Shown here in pieces: positions 1 to 5,500 of a stretch of DNA of 6,606 bases; positions within the stretch are counted from its first letter, which is position 1, and the number at the start of each line of letters is the position of its first letter. Source of the stretch: an uncultured archaeon (lineage in GTDB: Archaea; Iainarchaeota; Iainarchaeia; Iainarchaeales; Iainarchaeaceae). The notes under the pieces were generated by a model that saw nothing but the letters and a program-made list of their open reading frames with translations, was not told the DNA's origin and ran no database searches. Position numbers and translations under genes: made by a program. Where the stretch lies: assembly GCA_964577555.1 (NCBI GenBank), contig CAZNZM010000013.1, forward strand, positions 1 to 6,606. The letters run 5' to 3'.

Positions 1-1
1 T

Positions 2-487
2 TTATATTTTTTTTATTTTTAGCCGGGAAAGCGTTGAATGGTCTAACAATGCAGGTATTGTCAATTGTGGTACTCTGTTGTGGAATTCTTGTTGAATTTC
101 GTCAATTGATGCTGGGTTTGTGGTTATTGAGTCCAGCGAGTCAAGGGCGATTAAATCGTATGTTCCTGATTCTATTTCCTTGATTACCAACTCCACTATT
201 CTTGGGTTAGAGCTTTCTATTGAAACTATTTTGAGGTTTGGCGTTTTTTTGACGTCCCAACCGAATTGTGCCATTTGTGTTGAGAGTTTTCCTTCGGTTT
301 GCTCCAAATCCAAATAGAGGCATTTTTTTCCTTTTAGTGCATTGTGGTATAATATTTGACTGCATAAATTGCTTTTGCCTGAACCAGGTGTTCCACTGAC
401 AAGTATGAGTGATCCATTTGGAAAGCCACCTGCAATAAGGTTGTCAAAGCCAGGTATGTGGGTTGGCACTCTTTCAATGCTGATCAT
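2..487 (-). CDS. KaiC/RadA-like RecA-superfamily ATPase (COG0467-type), unusually short single-domain form, 161 aa
   Basis: ATG at 487-485. Positions 2-4 (tta) are TAA on the minus strand, so the ORF is closed inside the window. Walker A GTPGSGKS is encoded at 371-394 (reverse complement ggaacacctggttcaggcaaaagc). A Walker B-like YDLIALDSLDS follows. The N-terminal RVPTHIPGFDNLIAGGFPNGSLILVSG is the typical KaiC-like lead-in. Confidence 0.85.
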   Translation of the reverse strand: MISIERVPTHIPGFDNLIAGGFPNGSLILVSGTPGSGKSNLCSQILYHNALKGKKCLYLDLEQTEGKLSTQMAQFGWDVKKTPNLKIVSIESSNPRIVELVIKEIESGTYDLIALDSLDSITTNPASIDEIQQEFHNRVPQLTIPALLDHSTLSRLKIKKI

Positions 488-514
488 GTCAAGTAATTAG
501 TTTATTAAAGTAGT

Positions 515-522
515 ATATTAAA
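515..522 (-). promoter_or_regulatory. Candidate TATA box (TTTAATAT on the minus strand) for the ATPase gene
   Basis: Plus-strand atattaaa reads tttaatat on the minus strand. Its centre is about 31 nt upstream of ATG 487. No SD-like purine run lies between it and the start. Match is by eye in AT-rich DNA only. Confidence 0.3.
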
Positions 523-643
523 GTTATTGGTTTTTATTTAAAAAAGCATTTTTAAAGTAAATGCAAACATTTAGTCTCTTTGAGAAAGTTATTTAAACTA
601 AAATTTAATTAGTAAAAAAAGTCTGTAAAGTAAAAAAACATTA

Positions 644-651
644 ATTTAAAA
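644..651 (+). promoter_or_regulatory. Candidate TATA box (ATTTAAAA) for the small secreted-protein gene
   Basis: An A/T octamer centred near 647 predicts a transcription start near 673. That is downstream of the track's TTG at 668 and upstream of the G-run and TTG 701. Weak evidence because the background is AT-rich. Confidence 0.3.
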
Positions 652-688
652 ACTTTTCTTAACTATATTGAGTTTACAAGTTAATTTT

Positions 689-696
689 AGGGGGGG
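689..696 (+). promoter_or_regulatory. Shine-Dalgarno-like purine run (AGGGGGGG)
   Basis: It is the only G-run in the 488-700 spacer. It ends 4 nt before the in-frame TTG at 701. Confidence 0.45.
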
Positions 697-700
697 TTTT

Positions 701-1165
701 TTGAACAAAACTAAATTCATAGGATTAATCGCTTTTGCATTGGCCATTATTTTGCCATCTGCACTTAGCGTAACAACAGAAATTATAAACATCGATAATA
801 AGCTAAATTGGCTTGGAATGGGCAATCTTCAAAGGGTTGATTCCAATGGAGTTATAGGAAATTTGTTTTTCCAAAATGGCTCTACCACTTTGTTTTTGCC
901 TTCCAAAACTGCGGAAATAAATTTTATAGGCACTAATTTTGTAAGATATAGTGCTGAGTACGACGATGCTATTTTGTCAATAAATAATGTTGATTGCGAT
1001 GCTGAGGTCAAATTCCATGGCACTGCAAGTTATGTGAGTTCGCCTAATCCAAATAATAAATTGGCGGTTTTCATAGGAGTGGTAAGCGTCAGTCCTTTGA
1101 ATTGTAATGCTGCTCCATTTTTCTTTGTAGTGACTGGAAATGGCACAAGCACCACAAGCACCTAG
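701..1165 (+). CDS. Small secreted protein of unknown function (about 154 aa; the track's alternative start at 668 gives 165 aa)
   Basis: ORF is closed by TAG at 1163-1165. There is no ATG near the 5' end. Both candidate starts are TTG (668, 701), and 701 has the SD-like run upstream. From 701 the product begins (M)NKTKFIGLIAFALAIILPSALS-VTTE, which is a basic n-region, a hydrophobic core and an A-L-S cleavage-like site. The mature part looks beta-rich and ends in a Ser/Thr-rich tail, GNGTSTTST. I recognise no family. Confidence 0.7.
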   Translation: MNKTKFIGLIAFALAIILPSALSVTTEIINIDNKLNWLGMGNLQRVDSNGVIGNLFFQNGSTTLFLPSKTAEINFIGTNFVRYSAEYDDAILSINNVDCDAEVKFHGTASYVSSPNPNNKLAVFIGVVSVSPLNCNAAPFFFVVTGNGTSTTST

Positions 1166-1193
1166 GCTTAAATTTTTGACTCTAAATTTTTTG

Positions 1194-1234
1194 CCTTTAT
1201 GGGAATCGCCCCATAAAGGACTAATTTTATTTTT
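1194..1234 (+). terminator. Hairpin plus T-tract terminator downstream of the secreted-protein gene
   Basis: Perfect 10-bp stem, cctttatggg (1194-1203) pairing with cccataaagg (1210-1219). The loop is 6 nt (aatcgc). It is followed by tttt a ttttt (1225-1234). The stem starts 29 nt after the stop codon. Confidence 0.55.
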
Positions 1235-1452
1235 GCAAATTTGAAAGTTAAATTAAAAAATAAATTTATTTGAAGTTTGTTTTTTGTTTTTCTTTTTTGC
1301 CAAAATTTTTTTTGTTTCATATTTTTTTTGTCTTATACTTTAATTCTTTTTACAATGTTTTTTGGAAGCCATTTTTTTTGATTTTGCTTGACAAATTTTT
1401 GCCAAGTATTTTTTGTTTGGCGATTAACGGGTTTTAATTTTTAATAGTATAC

Positions 1453-2055
1453 TCAGTATTCTGTTCCATCGTCATTTGTTGCCCATATGTAAAGCGAGGC
1501 TATTGTTTTGTATGGCTCCCATTTTTTTGCTATTTCGTTTATTTGTTTTTTGTCTGGCTTTTCTTTCAAACCATAGTTTTTTTGCAGCGCCTTGATAAAG
1601 CCTAAATCCGTGCTTGGCAGTACGTTTTGCCTGCCAAGTGAAAATATTAGAAACATTTGTGCTGTCCAAAGCCCTATTCCTTTCAAAGAAGTCAAATATT
1701 CGATTATTTCTTCATCGCTCATTTTTTCCATGCGTTCTTTGGTTATGGCTTCTGTCAGAAATTTTTTTGCCATTTCCTCTATGTACTCTGTTTTTTTTGT
1801 TGAAACGCCTGTTTCAAAAATTTTTGTTTTTCCTAACAGCAATGTTTTTTCAGGGACAACTTGATTTTCGTGTATTTCTTTGAATCGCTGGAATATTTTT
1901 GAAGCCGCTTTCATTGAAAGTTGCTGGAATATTATTGCTTGACAAAGGCTTTCATAGTAATTTTCCTTTTTGTTTAACTTTATTGGCCCTAATTTTTCAA
2001 TTATTTTTGCTATTACTTTGTCCTTTTTTTTCAAATACTCTATTACTTTTCGCAT
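1453..2055 (-). CDS. alkA: DNA-3-methyladenine glycosylase II, AlkA family (HhH-GPD superfamily, COG0122-type)
   Basis: ESLCQAIIFQQLSMKAASKIF matches the AlkA-type helix motif. LTSLKGIGLWTAQMFLIFSLGRQNVLPSTDLGF is the helix-hairpin-helix and Gly-rich loop followed by the catalytic-type Asp. The track starts the ORF at a TTG (2067). I prefer the in-frame ATG at 2055-2053 (MRKVIEYL...), giving 200 aa. Confidence 0.85.
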   Translation of the reverse strand: MRKVIEYLKKKDKVIAKIIEKLGPIKLNKKENYYESLCQAIIFQQLSMKAASKIFQRFKEIHENQVVPEKTLLLGKTKIFETGVSTKKTEYIEEMAKKFLTEAITKERMEKMSDEEIIEYLTSLKGIGLWTAQMFLIFSLGRQNVLPSTDLGFIKALQKNYGLKEKPDKKQINEIAKKWEPYKTIASLYIWATNDDGTEY

Positions 2056-2082
2056 TTTCAAAATCAAGAATAATCCGGTAAG

Positions 2083-2090
2083 TTTAAATT
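2083..2090. promoter_or_regulatory. Palindromic TTTAAATT element, candidate shared TATA box for the divergent alkA-like and RNase P RNA genes
   Basis: Centre near 2086.5. It lies about 25 nt upstream of the RNase P RNA 5' stem (2112-2114) and about 31 nt upstream of ATG 2055 on the other strand. The core TTTAAA reads the same on both strands. Confidence 0.4.
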
Positions 2091-2111
2091 TTTTTTAGAT
2101 ACACAATTATA

Positions 2112-2411
2112 GTGAGGAGCAGGGCGACAGGCTGCCGGTGCTTTGTGCGCTGAGGAAAGTCCGTCCACACTGAAAACTCCTGCATAAGCAGGGCATCGAG
2201 AGATGGCCAAGGGAAACAGAAACGACACCCGTTTTTGGGATGAAACGAGCCCTTGAGTGTGCAACTCCATTTTGGAGGCTTAGTCGAATGCCTGTGCGGC
2301 CAAAGGCTTAATTGCCAAAAAACCATTTTTTTAATGGGTTTTGCTTTTTTAAAGGCTTTTTGCCAAAAAAAGCGGCGCAAAACAGAAGACGGCTTATGCC
2401 CTGCACCTCTT
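2112..2411 (+). ncRNA. rnpB: RNase P RNA (type-A-like architecture, about 300 nt)
   Basis: The conserved GAGGAAAGTCCG is at 2152-2163 and ACAGAAGACGGCTTA at 2383-2396. P4 forms between 2157-2164 and 2389-2395 (A-T, A-T, G-C, bulged T2160, C-G, C-G, G-C, T-A), including the universally conserved bulged U. The terminal helices P1/P2 pair 2114-2125 (gaggagcagggc) with 2398-2409 (gccctgcacctc), with one mismatch. An oligo-T tract follows immediately. Confidence 0.9.
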
Positions 2412-2415
2412 TTTT
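2410..2415 (+). terminator. Oligo-T tract (T6) at the 3' end of the RNase P RNA
   Basis: tttttt directly follows the 3' strand of P1. This is consistent with oligo-T termination, as used by archaeal RNA polymerase. Confidence 0.45.
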
Positions 2416-2451
2416 AAGTTAATTAAAATTTTTTGGCGAAGTAAGTAAAGT

Positions 2452-2459
2452 TTTATATA
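2452..2459 (+). promoter_or_regulatory. Candidate TATA box (TTTATATA) for the giant subtilase gene
   Basis: Close match to the archaeal TATA consensus. Its centre is 25-26 nt upstream of ATG 2481. It is preceded by purine-rich gaagtaagtaaag. No SD-like sequence lies between it and the ATG, which suggests a leaderless mRNA. Confidence 0.45.
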
Positions 2460-2480
2460 TTGTTAAAATTAATCTAATTT

Positions 2481-2534
2481 ATGCATTGGCTTTTTTTGTT
2501 GGTGATTTTTTTTTATTCGTTGTTAGCCGGTTGT
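2481..2534 (+). other. Signal peptide with lipobox (MHWLFLLVIFFYSLLAG|C)
   Basis: A hydrophobic N-terminus is followed by L-A-G-C, which fits the lipobox pattern [LVI][ASTVI][GAS]C. The Cys codon is at 2532-2534. Confidence 0.7.
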
Positions 2535-5500
2535 GGCGAGCCTGTTCAAGAAATTTCTGTTTGTGGCGATGGAATTTGTTTTCCTAACGAAATTTCTTCT
2601 TGCAGTGCAGATTGCGTAAACTTGGCTGGGAGCGTTTCGCCTGCAAGTGTTTTGCCAAGCGAGACAGGAAGCGGCTCAAATCCTGTGACAAACAATTCAG
2701 ATCTTTCAAATGTCTATTTAGAATTTTTTCCTCCTAATCCTGCTCCGCAAGAAAATATGATTATAAAAGCTGAAGCGACTCTTAAAGAAGATGTTCCTCC
2801 AGGCACTTTTATTGATAAAATATCAATTGATTTTGGAAATGGAGAAGTTTTGGAATCGCTTTGTTCAAACAAAAAAAGATGTGTAGTGTCTTTTTCCAAG
2901 TCTTTTTCTTCTCAAGGGCGTTTTCCTGTAACAGCAAAAGTTTTTTCTTCAAATTCAGTTATTGGTAGCAATAATTATGTTGCGGAAGTATCTTATCCTG
3001 ATTATTCTTTTACTTGTGACGATTCTCAACTTCAAACTGCAGGCAGTGGCGCAACTGAAAATGCTTCTAGGTTGGAAATTTTGAAAGTTTCTGATTTTAG
3101 TACTCCTGACGCGGGCAAGGACAAAAATTTTTCTTTTTATTCTTTTGATGAAGGACCATTGCTTGACAGGGATTTTAGTGAGAGTATTAAAGGCGACAAG
3201 GTTTCTTTGATAGTTCAATTCAATTCCAAGTCACTAATTGAAAAAGCCAAAGAATTAAAGCTTAATCTTCCTGAATTGAGCAAAAATCCAGAACTTAATT
3301 ATTATTTGAATTATTTGAAAAAAGAACAAGAAACCTCTTTTGCGACTCTTTCAAAGTATTTTAAAGGACTTAAAAAGAAGCATTCTTTGCTTAACGTATT
3401 TAATGGGGTAGTAATAGAGGTTGATGTTGAAGATTTTAAAGAAGCTATTGTTCAGGTTGAAAAGCTCGGAATTGTAAAGAAAATTTATCCAGACGCTAAC
3501 GTTTATCCTTCATTATCAAACAGCGTGCCCAATATTAAAGCAAATCAAGTTTGGAGTTTGAAGGATTCTCGCGGTTTGCCTTTGGAAGGAGAAGGAACTG
3601 TTATTTCAATAATAGATTCTGGCATTGATTATAAACACAGTGATTTGGGAGGTTGTTTTGGGCCTGCATGCAAAGTAATTGGAGGATATGATATAGTCAA
3701 TAACGATTCCGATCCAATGGATGATCATGGACATGGCACTCATGTTGCAGGCATAGCCGCAGGAGATGGAACATTAAAAGGTGTTGCGCCAAAGTCAAAA
3801 CTCTTGGCTTATAAAATATTTGACAAATACGGGTCAGGAAAATGGTCAGATATTTTAAAAGCCATGGATTTGTCTGTTGATCCTAACCAGGATTTGGATT
3901 ATTCTGACAGCGCAGACGTAATAAATTTAAGCTTGGGTGGATATGGAAATTCTGATGACCCTATAAGCGTGGCTGTTGATAATATAGTTGATAAAGGCGT
4001 TGTAGTAGTAGCCGCGGCTGGAAATTATGGGCTATTAGGATATATGGGTGCTCCTTCTGCTTCAAGAAAAGCTATTTCAGTAGGTGCTTCGTCTGGCAAT
4101 GAAATTACTGATTTTAGCATGAATGGGCCTGTATTTTCCAATAATCTTTCCGAAATGTTTGTAAAACCTGATATTGTTGCACCAGGCTTGGAAATTTGTT
4201 CTGCTTTGAGTTCACAACTTTTTAAAAGCGGAAATTGCGTTGATTCAACTCATACAAAAATGAGTGGGACAAGCATGTCGACACCTCATATTTCTGGTTT
4301 GGTTGCTTTAATAAAACAAGCACACCCTGACTGGACTCCATCAGAAATCAAAGGGGCAATAGTCAGTTCGGGAATTGATCTTGGTTATAGCCACTTTGTT
4401 CAAGGCACCGGTTTGGTTGATTCCGTTGAAGCAATAAATGCTAAAGTTATTACAGAACCTGTTTCTTTGGGTTTTATTTCCGTTAATCCTTTTACTGAAC
4501 AAACAAAGAATTTTGTTGTAAAAAATTTGAGTGCCAATTCATTAGGCGTAAAAGTATTGTTGCCTTCCGTTGTTTATGAGTCTAAAATCGAAGAAACAGG
4601 ATTTGATACAGGTTACTCTTCGGAACATAGCCCTGTAAATCTTGGAAAGAGATTGCTTGAAAAAAGCTTTTCAGCTTCGTTCTCTATTTCGCAAAACTCT
4701 TTATGTCTTTCTCCAAAGTCTTTCCAAAATTTGGCTCTTACATTTAATTCAACCAATGCTCCTTTAGGCGGTTATTATACTAATGCAATAACCTTTGAAG
4801 TTTATTCGGATTGCAGTTTTAGCAACAAATTAAAAGAAACTAAAATGCCTATAGCGATTGGAAGGTTGAATAAAGCTTTAATTAATTTTACACAAAGAAA
4901 TGACAAAAAAGGAGAAACTATTTTTAGAGCTTTAGATTTTTTTAAAAAGGACGAGTTACCAATATACTTTAATTTTTTATTGAGTAAAAACGAAAATTCA
5001 AAATCATTTTACTTTTTGAAAGAGCCTCTTGAAGTTGTTTATACGCATGTTTGGGCTGAAAAATCCAATGAAAAAATAACTAACATAAATTTTTTATATG
5101 CTGTGAGGCAAATAAATTTTTCAGATTCTTCAAATGGATTATTAACAATAAATATTAATGAAAATGAAATTCCTTTGCTGGCTGACGACTCTGAAAGAAT
5201 CCTAAGGGAAACAAACTTGGAGTTATTCGGCAAATACTTTGAGTTAGATAGAACTTTAAATAATATTCGTTATGATATACCCATTGCTACAGGAAGAATT
5301 CTTGAAACAAATGCATGTCCTTCAATCAAAAAATTTAATCAATACTTTTCCATTGACGACCCTTCTTCAACCAAGTGGGAATTTTACACGGGTTTTTATG
5401 CAAAAGATAAGGGCAAGAGCTTTTACAATGCAAAAAACATCCTTATGGCAACCAATTATATAGACAATTTGAAAGGCAAAAACAGCATTAGTTTTGGATC

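Noticed and set aside
120-317. Track ORF 120-317 (+), 65 aa
   Set aside because: It lies antisense within the KaiC-like ATPase gene and has no motif or start context of its own.
488-667. Recurrent TAAAGT words (attaaagtag, attaaagtta, tttaaagtaa, tgtaaagtaaa) in the divergent spacer, also near 2445
   Set aside because: The words are short and A/T-rich, in a spacer that is almost entirely A/T. The spacing is irregular. I cannot distinguish this from chance without a background model.
668-670. TTG at 668 as the start of the secreted-protein gene, and TTG at 2067 as the start of the glycosylase gene (as in the track)
   Set aside because: Both are merely the first permissible alternative start codons after an upstream stop. 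Position 701 has the SD-like G-run. Position 2055 is an ATG, and the TTG at 2067 lies very close to, or upstream of, the predicted transcription start. Neither rejected start can be formally excluded without experimental data.
829-1023. Track ORF 829-1023 (-), 64 aa
   Set aside because: It lies antisense within the secreted-protein ORF. The plus-strand frame is longer and has a signal peptide and an SD-like run.
1168-1320. 50-codon Lys-rich minus-strand ORF (MKQKKFWQKRKTKNKLQINLFFNLTFKFAKIKLVLYGAIPIKAKNLESKI)
   Set aside because: It lies in a poly-A/T spacer where AAA/AAG codons arise by composition alone. Part of it is encoded by the terminator hairpin, and it has no SD or convincing promoter. 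It is kept only as a side note in the spacer finding.
1388-1393. Perfect TTGACA hexamer that could be read as a bacterial -35 box
   Set aside because: No acceptable -10 hexamer lies at a 16-18 nt spacing: 17 nt downstream is tttttg. Transcription from here would only run antisense into the glycosylase gene.
1472-2081. Track ORFs 1472-1669 (-), 1592-1864 (+), 1614-1883 (+) and 1899-2081 (+)
   Set aside because: All overlap the AlkA-family glycosylase gene, whose frame carries the HhH-GPD motifs. These are alternative-frame or antisense shadows rich in Phe/Leu/Ser, as expected from T-rich antisense sequence.
2064-2380. Track ORFs 2064-2270 (-) and 2084-2380 (-), 68 and 98 aa
   Set aside because: They lie antisense to the RNase P RNA gene. 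They stay open only because this RNA segment is more GC-rich than its surroundings. Their translations are compositionally odd (Cys/Trp/Pro/Arg-rich) and lack credible start contexts.
2714-5463. Track ORFs 2714-2899 (-), 2955-3218 (-), 5039-5233 (-) and 5272-5463 (+)
   Set aside because: All lie inside the frame of at least 1375 codons that carries unambiguous S8 protease motifs. They are alternative-frame or antisense shadows with low-complexity translations.
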